The notes under the pieces were generated by a model. It worked only from the letters and a program-made list of their open reading frames with translations. It had not been told where the DNA came from and ran no database searches. A stretch of DNA of 62,720 nt, filler included. It is 11 parts of 11 records of this genome, joined end to end, with 100 filler letters (N's around TTAATTAATTAA, not from the genome) between each part and the next. Parts side by side here need not be neighbours in the genome. Positions count along the whole stretch, not along the records: positions 41,395 to 59,148 come from SRR11831586_83; positions 59,249 to 62,720 come from SRR11831586_84; 9 more parts are not named here. The stretch is one strand, 5' to 3'. The position numbers were made by a program, and so were the translations under genes. Positions 52,936-62,720 of the stretch are shown here, piece after piece (position 1 is the stretch's first letter; every line of letters begins with the position of its first letter).

Positions 52936-53850
52936 ATGACGGTTCCTACCTATGACAAATTTATTGAACCTGTTCTGCGTTATCTGGCAACAAAACCGGA
53001 AGGTGCAGCCGCGCGTGATGTTCATGAGGCTGCCGCGGATGCATTAGGACTGGATGACAGCCAGCGAGCGAAAGTCATTACCAGCGGACAACTTGTTTAT
53101 AAAAATCGTGCAGGCTGGGCGCATGACCGTTTAAAACGTGCCGGGTTGTCGCAAAGTTTGTCGCGTGGCAAATGGTGCCTGACTCCTGCGGGTTTTGACT
53201 GGGTTGCGTCTCATCCCCAGCCAATGACGGAGCAGGAGACGAACCATCTGGCCTTCGCTTTTGTGAATGTCAAACTTAAGTCACGGCCGGATGCCGTCGA
53301 TTTAGATCCGAAAGCCGACTCTCCCGATCATGAAGAACTTGCAAAGAGCAGTCCGGACGATCGGTTAGATCAGGCGCTAAAAGAGCTTCGTGATGCGGTG
53401 GCTGATGAGGTTCTGGAAAACTTATTGCAGGTTTCTCCTTCGCGCTTTGAAGTCATTGTTCTGGATGTTTTGCATCGCCTGGGGTATGGCGGCCACCGTG
53501 ATGATTTGCAGCGTGTTGGCGGTACTGGAGATGGTGGCATCGATGGTGTGATATCGCTTGATAAACTTGGCCTGGAGAAAGTTTATGTTCAGGCAAAACG
53601 TTGGCAGAATACTGTAGGCAGGCCAGAATTACAGGCATTTTACGGCGCACTGGCTGGGCAAAAAGCGAAACGTGGGGTGTTTATTACCACTTCTGGATTT
53701 ACTTCTCAGGCGCGTGACTTTGCCCAATCCGTCGAGGGTATGGTGTTGGTTGATGGGGAACGCCTGGTGCACTTAATGATCGAAAACGAAGTAGGGGTTT
53801 CTTCACGTTTGTTGAAGGTGCCGAAACTGGATATGGACTATTTTGAGTGA
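52936..53850 (+). CDS. mrr: type IV restriction endonuclease
   Basis: 304 aa, DGGIDG..VQAKRW. Confidence 0.98.
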   Translation: MTVPTYDKFIEPVLRYLATKPEGAAARDVHEAAADALGLDDSQRAKVITSGQLVYKNRAGWAHDRLKRAGLSQSLSRGKWCLTPAGFDWVASHPQPMTEQETNHLAFAFVNVKLKSRPDAVDLDPKADSPDHEELAKSSPDDRLDQALKELRDAVADEVLENLLQVSPSRFEVIVLDVLHRLGYGGHRDDLQRVGGTGDGGIDGVISLDKLGLEKVYVQAKRWQNTVGRPELQAFYGALAGQKAKRGVFITTSGFTSQARDFAQSVEGMVLVDGERLVHLMIENEVGVSSRLLKVPKLDMDYFE

Positions 53851-53857
53851 AATATCA

Positions 53858-53887
53858 GGCCGGATGCGGCTGCGCCTTATCCGGCCC
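53858..53887. repeat. REP element
   Basis: GGCCGGATGCGGCTGCGCCTTATCCGGCC. Confidence 0.8.
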
Positions 53888-53895
53888 ATAACCCC

Positions 53896-54852
53896 TTACT
53901 TCCTCAACCCCGCAAACGCAGCCCGAATCTCTTCCTCCGGCAGCTGGATCCCGATAAACACCATCGTGCTATGCGGTTTTTCATCGCCCCACGGCCTGTC
54001 CCAGTCGGCGCTGTAGAGGCGCTGGACGCCCTGGAACAGCAGGCGGTTAGGTTCGCCGTCAATCCACAGCATCCCTTTGTAACGTAGCAGTTTATCCGCC
54101 GACTCCAGCAGCAGGTTTTCCATCACGCGGGAAACTTCGCTGATATCTACCGGGTAATCCAGTTCCACCACAATCGACGAAATATCGTTTTGTTTATCTG
54201 CGATAAAGTGGAAACGCGGTTTGGTGCTGACGACGTTTTCTTCCAGCATAAAACCGTTGGTGTTGAACAGCAGGCCCAGATCGATGTCGCCGTGGGTGAC
54301 GGTGTAGACCGGTGCGCGGGCGTTGATGCGCGCCAGGCGTTCATGCAGTTTTTCTGCTTCGCCTGCGACGTCGGTTTTGGTCAGCAGAATGCGGTCGGCG
54401 TAGCCAACCTGTGACTGGGCGATGGTGAACTGGTTCATCTGCTCATCGGCATGTACCGCATCCACCAGCGCAATCACGCCGTCCAGCAGATAACGCTGGC
54501 ATAAAACTTCATGGGAGAAAAAGGTCTGAATAATCGGGCCGGGATCGGCCATGCCGGTGCATTCAATGACCAGACGGTCGAACTGAATATTGCCCTTGTC
54601 GAGATTGTCCAGCAGGTCGAGTAGCGCGTCCTCCAGCTCGTTGGAGCGCGAACAACAGATGCAGCCGTTGGTCAGCGTTTTGATCTGCGTGGCGCGGTCG
54701 CCAATCAGTTGATCATCAACAGAGACTTCGCCGAATTCGTTTTCAATCACGGCAATCTTGTAGCCGTGCTGTTCGTTAAGAATATGGCGCAGCAGGGTGG
54801 TTTTTCCTGCGCCTAAAAAACCGGTGAGTAGGGTAACTGCAATCGGGTTCAT
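53896..54852 (-). CDS. yjiA: COG0523 metal-binding GTPase
   Basis: GFLGAGKT, NEFGE, GCICC motifs. Confidence 0.96.
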   Translation of the reverse strand: MNPIAVTLLTGFLGAGKTTLLRHILNEQHGYKIAVIENEFGEVSVDDQLIGDRATQIKTLTNGCICCSRSNELEDALLDLLDNLDKGNIQFDRLVIECTGMADPGPIIQTFFSHEVLCQRYLLDGVIALVDAVHADEQMNQFTIAQSQVGYADRILLTKTDVAGEAEKLHERLARINARAPVYTVTHGDIDLGLLFNTNGFMLEENVVSTKPRFHFIADKQNDISSIVVELDYPVDISEVSRVMENLLLESADKLLRYKGMLWIDGEPNRLLFQGVQRLYSADWDRPWGDEKPHSTMVFIGIQLPEEEIRAAFAGLRK

Positions 54853-54862
54853 GCTCTCTCCA

Positions 54863-55066
54863 TTAACAACAGCGCATACCGCCTTTACCATCGCCGCCGT
54901 AGCGCGCGTTCTGGCGTTCGCGGAAGAATTCTTCATAGCTCATGTACGGCTTGTCGGGATGGTTGGTCTTCATATGCTCGACGTAGTTGTCGTAGTCTGG
55001 AATGCCAATCAACATCTTCGCCGCCTGGCCGAGATATTTTTTTGCCTGTCCTAAGTTACCAAACAT
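54863..55066 (-). CDS. yjiX: YbdD/YjiX family small protein
   Basis: 67 aa ending RCC. Confidence 0.93.
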
Positions 55067-55115
55067 AGTTCACTCTGATAAGAACAAAGCCCCGCCGAAG
55101 CGGGGCTAAACACGG

Positions 55116-57266
55116 TTAGTGGTGCGAAGAGATCTTCACGCCGCCTTCCGGGATTGGAACGTACGGTGTTTCTTTGTCAGTACGTTTGTCGCTGTTACGC
55201 ACCGCAAGCCAGGTTTTGAAACCGTAGAAGATGATGCTGTACACCACAATCAGGAACAGAATACTCAGACCTGCGTTGGTGTAGTTGTTCACAACGATGT
55301 GGTTCATATTGGCAATCTGCTGCGCCGTCAGGTCAGTACCGTTAGCAATCTTCTCTTTGTACTGGCTTGCCATGTAGAAGAAGCCTTCCATCTGCGGGTT
55401 GGTGCTGAACAGTTTCAGGCCCAGCGCCCAGGTGGTGCAGATAAGCAGCCATACAGCCGGAACAACAGTTACCCAGATGTATTGGGTGCGCTTCATCTTA
55501 ATCAGCACAACGGTGCCCAGTACCAGCGCTACGGCTGCCAGCATCTGGTTGGAGATACCGAACAGCGGCCACAGGCTCTTAACGCCGCCCAGCGGATCAA
55601 CCACGCCCTGATACAGCAGGTAGCCCCACAGACCCACACAGCCCGCAGTACCGATGATACCGGCAACCAGAGAATCGGTTTTTTTCAGGAACGGGATGAA
55701 GTTACCCAGCAGGTCTTGCAGCATAAAGCGGCCAGAACGGGTACCCGCATCCAGCGCGGTCAGGATGAACAGGGCTTCGAACAGAATACCGAAGTGATAC
55801 CAGAAGCCCATGTCAGCCATCGGCAGCACTTTGTGGAACACGTGCGCGATACCTACCGCCAGCGTCGGCGCGCCACCTGCACGGTTCAGGACAGAAGGCT
55901 CACCAATGTCTTTCGCGGTTTGCAGGATCTGCTCTGGCGAAATCACGAAGCCCCAGGAGCTGACGGTCGCTGCCGCGTGTGCGGTAACGTCTTTCAGCTG
56001 CGCCATGATGATCGGCGCGTTCTCGCCACCCATTTCATGCAGGTTAGGCATGGTGATGCCAAGGCCAGCAGGCGGGGTGTTCATCGCGAAGTAAAGACCC
56101 GGTTCGATGATGGACGCAGCAACCAGCGCCATAATCGCCACGAAGGACTCCATCAGCATTGCGCCGTAGCCGATGAAACGCGCGTCGGTTTCATTAGCCA
56201 GCAGTTTTGGCGTCGTACCGGAAGAGATCAGCGCGTGGAAGCCAGATACCGCACCACAGGCGATGGTGATGAACAGGAACGGGAACAGAGCGCCTTTCCA
56301 CAGCGGGCCAGTACCGTCAATGTACTGGGTCATGGCAGGCATTTTCAGTTCCGGGTTCAGCACCACGATACCCAGCGCCAGGCCGACGATAACGCCGATT
56401 TTCAGGAAGGTTGCCAGATAGTCGCGCGGTGCGAGGATCAGCCACACTGGCAGCAGTGCGGAAACAAACGCATAGCCAATCAGCGCGAAGGTAATGGTGG
56501 TGTCTTTAAAGGTCAGTGCCGGACCCCAGTACGGATCGTGAGCAATCACGCCACCGAAGTAGATAGAGGCAACCAGCAGCACGATACCAATGACAGAGAC
56601 TTCACCCACACGCCCCGGACGAATAAAGCGCATGTAGATACCCATAAACAGCGCAATCGGTACGGTTGAGCAAACGGTGAAGACACCCCACGGACTTTCG
56701 GCCAGGGCTTTAACCACAATCAGCGCCAGGACGGCGAGGATGATGATCATGATTAAGAAACAGCCAAACAGCGCGATAGTCCCCGGTACTGGTCCCATCT
56801 CTTCTTTGATCATCTCACCAAGAGATGCGCCATTACGGCGAGAGGAGATAAACAGCACCATAAAGTCCTGAACCGCACCGGCCAGCACGACCCCCGCCAG
56901 CAGCCACAGCGTGCCAGGCAGGTAGCCCATCTGCGCGGCGAGAACCGGACCCACCAGCGGACCAGCACCGGCGATAGCGGCGAAGTGGTGACCAAACAAC
57001 ACGTAACGGTTGGTCGGAACGTAGTTCAGACCGTCGTTGTTAATAACCGCAGGCGTCGCGCGCGTGGGGTCGAGTTTCATCACCTTCTGGGCGATGTACA
57101 GACTGTAGTAGCGATACGCCACCAGATACACCGATACAGAGGCGACCACGATCCACAGGGCGCTGATGTGCTCCCCCCGACGTAATGCAACTACCGCGAG
57201 GCAGAATGCACCGATGATTCCGAGAATCACCCAGGGTATGTGCTTGAATATCTTTTTAGTATCCAT
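55116..57266 (-). CDS. btsT: CstA-family pyruvate:H+ symporter (YjiY)
   Basis: 716 aa from MDTKK; GHHFAAIAGAGP motif. Confidence 0.96.
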   Translation of the reverse strand: MDTKKIFKHIPWVILGIIGAFCLAVVALRRGEHISALWIVVASVSVYLVAYRYYSLYIAQKVMKLDPTRATPAVINNDGLNYVPTNRYVLFGHHFAAIAGAGPLVGPVLAAQMGYLPGTLWLLAGVVLAGAVQDFMVLFISSRRNGASLGEMIKEEMGPVPGTIALFGCFLIMIIILAVLALIVVKALAESPWGVFTVCSTVPIALFMGIYMRFIRPGRVGEVSVIGIVLLVASIYFGGVIAHDPYWGPALTFKDTTITFALIGYAFVSALLPVWLILAPRDYLATFLKIGVIVGLALGIVVLNPELKMPAMTQYIDGTGPLWKGALFPFLFITIACGAVSGFHALISSGTTPKLLANETDARFIGYGAMLMESFVAIMALVAASIIEPGLYFAMNTPPAGLGITMPNLHEMGGENAPIIMAQLKDVTAHAAATVSSWGFVISPEQILQTAKDIGEPSVLNRAGGAPTLAVGIAHVFHKVLPMADMGFWYHFGILFEALFILTALDAGTRSGRFMLQDLLGNFIPFLKKTDSLVAGIIGTAGCVGLWGYLLYQGVVDPLGGVKSLWPLFGISNQMLAAVALVLGTVVLIKMKRTQYIWVTVVPAVWLLICTTWALGLKLFSTNPQMEGFFYMASQYKEKIANGTDLTAQQIANMNHIVVNNYTNAGLSILFLIVVYSIIFYGFKTWLAVRNSDKRTDKETPYVPIPEGGVKISSHH

Positions 57267-57586
57267 AGTAAAACCTGGCATGTATTGATTAATAGTTGGC
57301 CGAAGCCGTTCTAGGTTTGCGTTGCGTTTGAGGAGGTAAATTGACCGCTATCCTGTAGTGATGTTGCCAGAGTTACGCGCGCGTAAAGTAAGGTAAATAA
57401 CTGAGTGGTTATTTTAGGGATGTAAGCGGTCAGTTTTGCGGTTGAGCGGCAAAGGCGTCGTTTAAGTGACGATAAATATGTGATTCATATCACATATTTA
57501 TATTGTGAATAATTTATGTAAATAATGGCTTTTTAAATTCAGAGTGTGAATAAAATTCACTCGGCGTAATCTCCGCGGGATATTCA

Positions 57587-57613
57587 TAAAGTTTTTCCTT
57601 TCCAGGCCGAAAA
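57587..57613 (+). promoter_or_regulatory. sigma-28 (FliA) promoter of tsr
   Basis: TAAA-N15-GCCGAAAA. Confidence 0.85.
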
Positions 57614-57643
57614 TCTTGCATCGGTCCACAGGAAAGAGAAACC

Positions 57644-59148
57644 ATGTTAAAACGTATCAAAATTGTGACCAGCTTACTGCTGGTTTTGGCCGTTTTTGGC
57701 CTTTTACAACTGACATCAGGCGGTCTGTTCTTTAATGCCTTAAAGAATGACAAAGAAAATTTCACTGTTTTCAAACCATTCGCCAGCAGCAATCCACGCT
57801 GAATGGCAGCTGGGTCGCGTTGTTGCAGACGCGTAACACCCTCAACCGCGCGGGTATCCGCTACATGATGGATCAGAATAATATTGGTAGCGGTTCAACC
57901 GTTGCTGAGCTGATGGAGAGTGCCAGTATTTCGCTGAAACAGGCGGAAAAAAACTGGGCGGATTACGAAGCGTTGCCGCGTGACCCGCGTCAGAGCACCG
58001 CCGCAGCGGCAGAGATCAAACGTAATTACGATATTTATCACAATGCGCTGGCGGAGCTGATCCAACTGTTAGGTGCAGGCAAAATCAACGAGTTCTTTGA
58101 TCAGCCGACCCAGGGATATCAGGACGGTTTCGAGAAGCAGTATGTGGCTTACATGGAGCAAAACGATCGGCTCCATGATATCGCCGTCAGCGATAACAAT
58201 GCCTCCTACAGCCAGGCGATGTGGATTCTGGTGGGCGTGATGATCGTCGTACTGGCGGTCATCTTCGCCGTCTGGTTCGGTATTAAAGCCTCGCTGGTAG
58301 CGCCAATGAATCGCCTGATTGACAGCATTCGTCATATTGCAGGCGGCGATCTGGTGAAACCGATTGAGGTGGATGGCTCTAATGAGATGGGGCAACTGGC
58401 AGAGAGTTTGCGCCATATGCAGGGAGAGCTGATGCGTACCGTCGGTGATGTGCGCAACGGGGCCAATGCCATCTATAGCGGTGCCAGCGAAATCGCCACC
58501 GGCAATAACGATCTCTCTTCGCGCACCGAGCAACAGGCCGCTTCGCTGGAAGAGACGGCAGCCAGCATGGAGCAACTGACCGCAACGGTGAAGCAGAACG
58601 CCGAAAATGCGCGCCAGGCCAGCCATCTGGCGTTAAGTGCTTCTGAAACGGCGCAACGCGGCGGTAAAGTGGTAGATAACGTGGTGCAGACTATGCGCGA
58701 TATCTCCACCAGTTCGCAGAAAATCGCCGATATTATCAGCGTAATTGACGGCATTGCCTTCCAGACCAATATTCTGGCTTTGAACGCGGCGGTTGAGGCT
58801 GCGCGTGCGGGTGAGCAAGGGCGCGGTTTTGCGGTGGTCGCGGGAGAAGTGCGTAATCTGGCCCAGCGCAGCGCCCAGGCGGCTCGTGAAATTAAAAGCC
58901 TGATTGAAGACTCGGTGGGGAAAGTGGATGTTGGCTCTACGCTGGTCGAAAGCGCCGGGGAAACAATGGCGGAGATTGTCAGCGCCGTGACCCGCGTGAC
59001 GGACATTATGGGCGAAATTGCTTCTGCTTCTGATGAGCAGAGCCGTGGTATCGATCAGGTTGGCTTAGCGTTGCTGAGATGGACCGGGTAACTCAACAGA
59101 ACGCCGCGCTGGTGGAAGAGTCTGCCGCTGCCGCCGCCGCGCTGGAAG
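57644..59148 (+). CDS. tsr: serine chemoreceptor (3' truncated; apparent 1-nt deletions near 57771 and 59070)
   Basis: MLKRIKIV start; [26 protein letters not shown] signalling tip. Confidence 0.95.
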
Positions 59149-59252
59149 NNNNNNNNNNNNNNNNNNNNNNNNNNNNNNNNNNNNNNNNNNNNTTAATTAA
59201 TTAANNNNNNNNNNNNNNNNNNNNNNNNNNNNNNNNNNNNNNNNNNNNGTAC

Positions 59253-59879
59253 CAAAATCGCAAATCTTCAGGTGCATCTGAGCGTAATTCACCAGCAGGT
59301 TCTCTGGTTTGATATCGCGATGGATAATGCCCGCGGTGTGGCAGTAGTTAATAGCAGACACTAGCTGATACACAAAGACGCGAATAGCTGCGGGATCGAG
59401 CCCGTTTGGTTTCTCTTCGAGAATCTCCAGCATGTTCTTTTCCAAGAACTCAAAAACCAAATACAGTTTCCCTATAGACAGGTATCAGCACTAGACACCG
59501 CATGAGCCGCGCAACGCACCCTTTCGCCGAAATGCCTCCTTGAGCGAAATGATGTTATCTTGTTTGAGGCTGCGTAGAATACGGACTTCGCGCAGCGTTG
59601 TCTTCTTGACCAGTTCGTCATCTGATGCAAATCAGTGACAACTGCAACATGAATGGGAAGCGTAACAACGTACCTTCGCTTTCTTTAAACTTTTTGATGG
59701 CAACAATCTCATTCGTTTCCTATGTACTGTCACAAACCCTCCAAATGGACACGGCGAACATACCTTATTTTTGCATTTCATAACAATCCCATACGCTCCT
59801 ACACCAATTAATTTCCCCATAGAACCATCGAATGCCACACACCTTCGCCGACGACGCCCAAGACATCGTATTTGTTCAT
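59253..59879 (-). CDS. eukaryotic CDKL5/LF5-like protein kinase, 5' part. Exons 59879-59843, 59798-59764, 59719-59674, 59621-59520, 59471-59253
   Basis: Spliced: [97 protein letters not shown]; introns of 44, 44, 52 and 48 nt. Confidence 0.93.
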
Positions 59880-60096
59880 CTCTCACTGTCTTACAAGCAT
59901 TTCTTCGCCAACTCGTACATACCACTCTCTAAATAGCATAAACTCGTGCTCTCAGTCCCCGTACTGTCTCTCGATGGTAGCTGTTGGTGATGGTGCTGTT
60001 TCATGTAATCTCCTCTCACCTCTCCTTGAAACTGCATTCGCGCGTGTTTTTTCTCAGCGTGCAGCGGCGTACGCCCAAAATCTCCACCAAGCCAAA

Positions 60097-62685
60097 ATGG
60101 ACCAGAAAGTCAACGAACCAAAATACTCGGTTCCTGAATTCGATAGAGAACATTTCCGAGCGCTGTGCGAGTGGTATTCACTCACATTTTGAACACCATT
60201 ACACGGCGCTCGCATAATTACGCTTGGGGCGCTGGAATGGCTCGGCAGGAAGCGTTCCCCAAAGATGAGTACTACCCATCTGTGGAGGTGGCCGAGAAAT
60301 ATGCACAGCAAACCAGCGCATCAAGGCTGGTGGGAAACCGCTATGAGCGCTACCCTCTGACCGTCAGCACCGTGGAGCTCTCGGAACTCGGCCTCGGGAT
60401 TGCTCTGTATTTCACCATGTTGAAGTGGATGGGCTGGACGTTCTTCTTTGTTGCCATCGGGACGACCTACAATATGCTTTACAACTCCTGGGTGGGCACG
60501 TACGCTGATGGCGGCTACAATAGTCTGTCATTGGGCAATCTGGGAACGAACGTACCGCCTCTGTTTCAATCGGCGTCCGATACCGGTGTTACGGTGTTCT
60601 TTCTTCTGTCTGTTCTGGTTTGCTACCGCTACATGGTGAAGAAAATCCCCGATATCGACAAGCACAACATCACATGCGCCGACTACTCAGTATTGGTGGA
60701 TAACATCCCCCCGGAAATCGGTGACGCTAACGTGTACTTGGATCACTTCCGCCGCTACGGTCCCATCTCGGAAGTATCCGTGGCACTGGACAATGTCGAT
60801 CTGATCGGATTGCAAAAGGAAAAGGCGAAGCTAGAGGAATACCTCAAGCGCCACCAAGGACGGATGGCACGCAGTATGACCAACTGCACTTGTTGTGGCC
60901 CCTCAAGCGTGACCGAGTTTCACCACAAGATCAAGGATGTGGATGCTCAGATCGCGAAGTTGAAATCCCGCACCAAATTCGAAGCGTCCGCTGTGTTTGT
61001 ATCGTTTGAGAACGCGAAAGACCGCATCCGGTGCGTGGACGACTACAAGCGACGACACGTGGGGCATGTTATCTGCGGATGCTGCTGCGCGCCTGGTCCT
61101 CGGTACGTGGTGTTACTCCCCCAGCATTGTATTGATATGCACTGACATACGCATGTAGACTGCGAGATCAGATCATTCGTGTGCACGATGCGCCGGAGCC
61201 GAGCAACGTGATCTGGGAGAACCCTGCCCGTCCCTCACAGCTCCGTCATCTGTCGCCAGATCATGACAGGCATTGTCACCGCAGTGCTGGTTGCAATTGC
61301 GTTCGGTCTCACATTCATCGCTATGTTCAGCAAAATCACATACGCGATTCCGGTGCCTGGGTTCTCGGAGGGCTTGGGTGCAAACTGTGCCACGATTTCT
61401 CAAATCCTGGCGTCGCAGTCTTGTCTTATCACGTACATCAAGGTGCGCACATGCATGCGATTGGGCGAACTAGTGATTAACATTGTGGGCGTGTGTGCAG
61501 TTGTTAGCGGCGAACTGGGGCTCCTCTCTCGGCATTGTGCTGCTCAACTTGGTGCTGGTCAAAATCCTGACCGCCATGTCTCTCAAGGAGGGTCATCACA
61601 CTGTGTCCGCGCGCGAGTCCGGTATCATGGTCAAGCTCTTCATTGCTCAGACCTTCAACTCGGCTGTGGTTGCGATCGCAGTCGGCCTGTACTACATGTG
61701 GTGGATGGCGGGCGGGACCGCCCTGCCTAGCTTCTCGCCCGTGTGGTACACCGTCACGGGTGACTTTTTGACCACAACGATGTTTATCCACGCCATTATC
61801 CCCAAGCTGATCCGGCTGTCCGATTTCATCCAGTACTCGTTCCGCCGAAGCAGCGCAAAGAAGAACGCCACAACTCAGACGTACGTCCCAACCACGCCTC
61901 GCCTACATACTTTGTTTTTGAATACTTCCTGCTTTCCAACAAATTCTGCTATTATTCATAAGCTCTCCCATTTATATGTATGCTAACGAGTGGCTCCCTC
62001 TTACAGAGAGATGAATCACAAGTTCCGCGGGCCCAAGTTCGTGCTTGCACCCCGTGTGGCAGATCTAGCCATGAGCATCTACGTCACAATGATGGTGTCT
62101 AGCAGCATCCCCCTGCTCAACTGGGTCTGTGTGATCGACATCTTCCTCATGTTTTGGACCGATAAGATTATGCGTACGCTCCCGTGCTTTCTAGGGTATC
62201 TGTCTGGTACTCATGTATGATGTGGTGGTGGCGTTTGTGTATGCAGTGCTGCGTTTGTGCCGTCGGCCGCTCGCCTACGATCAGAAGCTGGTGTTCTTAG
62301 TGCTCAAGGTGGTGCCCTGGGCCGTCTGCATTCACTTCTTCTTCGCCACTCTGTTCTTCGGTGCCCAGAAAGGAGTACGTTCTTCTTGTAGTTCTTTCAC
62401 GGGGGCTGATTCGCAACGTGTTTTCTCATCACATCCTGCTCACGCGAACACCACCTCACCACTTTGTGTGCGTTTTGTGCAGACGCCTCTCACCACCACC
62501 ATCACAGCGGTTGCGCCAACATACAGCATCCCCACACAGTATTTGCAGTATCTTGTGAATATCAGCACGGAGCAGCTGCCCAGCCTCGTGGGTCTGTGTG
62601 CTGTTACAGGCATTATGCTTGCGATTGTGCTGCTGTATCGTTTCTTCAGCTTCCTCGGCAACACACTGTGCCGTTGCTGCCGATC
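60097..62685 (+). CDS. eukaryotic OSCA/TMEM63(CSC1)/TMC-like multi-pass membrane protein, 3' truncated. Introns 61103-61158, 61443-61500, 61881-62006, 62174-62246, 62375-62482; start exon uncertain; apparent +1 frameshift near 61222
   Basis: GLGIALYF, ADYSVLVDNIP, AVFVSFEN, APEPSNVIWENL, KLFIAQTFNS and TQTEMN..GPKF motifs plus many hydrophobic segments. Confidence 0.78.
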
Positions 62686-62720
62686 GTACGTGCTATATGT
62701 CACCCGCACATTTTTGCGTC

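Noticed and set aside
42900..53850. mcrBC-symE-hsd-mrr cluster as a novel defence island
   Set aside because: It is the well-studied K-12 immigration control region; only the yjiV relic and the hsdR stop merit attention.
55119..56669. Long antisense ORFs (516 aa opposite btsT, 436 aa opposite tamB, 332 aa opposite hsdM, 222 aa opposite ppa)
   Set aside because: These are shadow ORFs produced by codon bias of the real genes and show no recognisable motifs.
59249..62720. Alternative genetic code in the protist
   Set aside because: Once GT-AG introns and the homopolymer slips are accounted for, exons translate with the standard code without in-frame stops.

Overview
This window is not one locus. 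It holds 11 unrelated contigs joined by identical 100-bp artificial spacers (44 N + TTAATTAATTAA + 44 N). Nine contigs are Escherichia coli K-12 chromosome fragments: aldB-yiaY-selBA-yibF; prlC-rsmJ-dtpB-uspAB; sbp-cdh-tpiA-yiiQRS-uspD; pykA-lpxM-mepM-znuA; yebB-ruvC-yebC-nudB; dacC-deoR-ybjG-mdfA; ytfQ-ppa-chpSB-ytfP-tamAB; efeUOB; and the immigration control region yjiV-mcrCB-symE/R-hsdSMR-mrr-yjiA-yjiX-btsT-tsr. The strain has the K-12 efeU frameshift and an in-frame nonsense codon in hsdR (W363*) with mcrBC and mrr intact, so it looks like an rK- laboratory strain. Two contigs (38734-41294 and 59249-62720) are eukaryotic, from a compact, intron-rich, probably flagellated protist. They carry condensin CAP-G head-to-head with 6-phosphogluconate dehydrogenase, and a CDKL5/LF5-like kinase head-to-head with an OSCA/TMEM63/TMC-like membrane protein. 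Introns are short GT-AG type with a GTRYGY donor that never has A at +4. Several frameshifts sit in homopolymers and are probably pyrosequencing-type errors. I found no convincing wholly new system. The best leads are the internally deleted Druantia DruE-like helicase remnant (yjiV), the protist splice-donor signature, the protist channel gene, and the ERIC element that supplies the nudB start.
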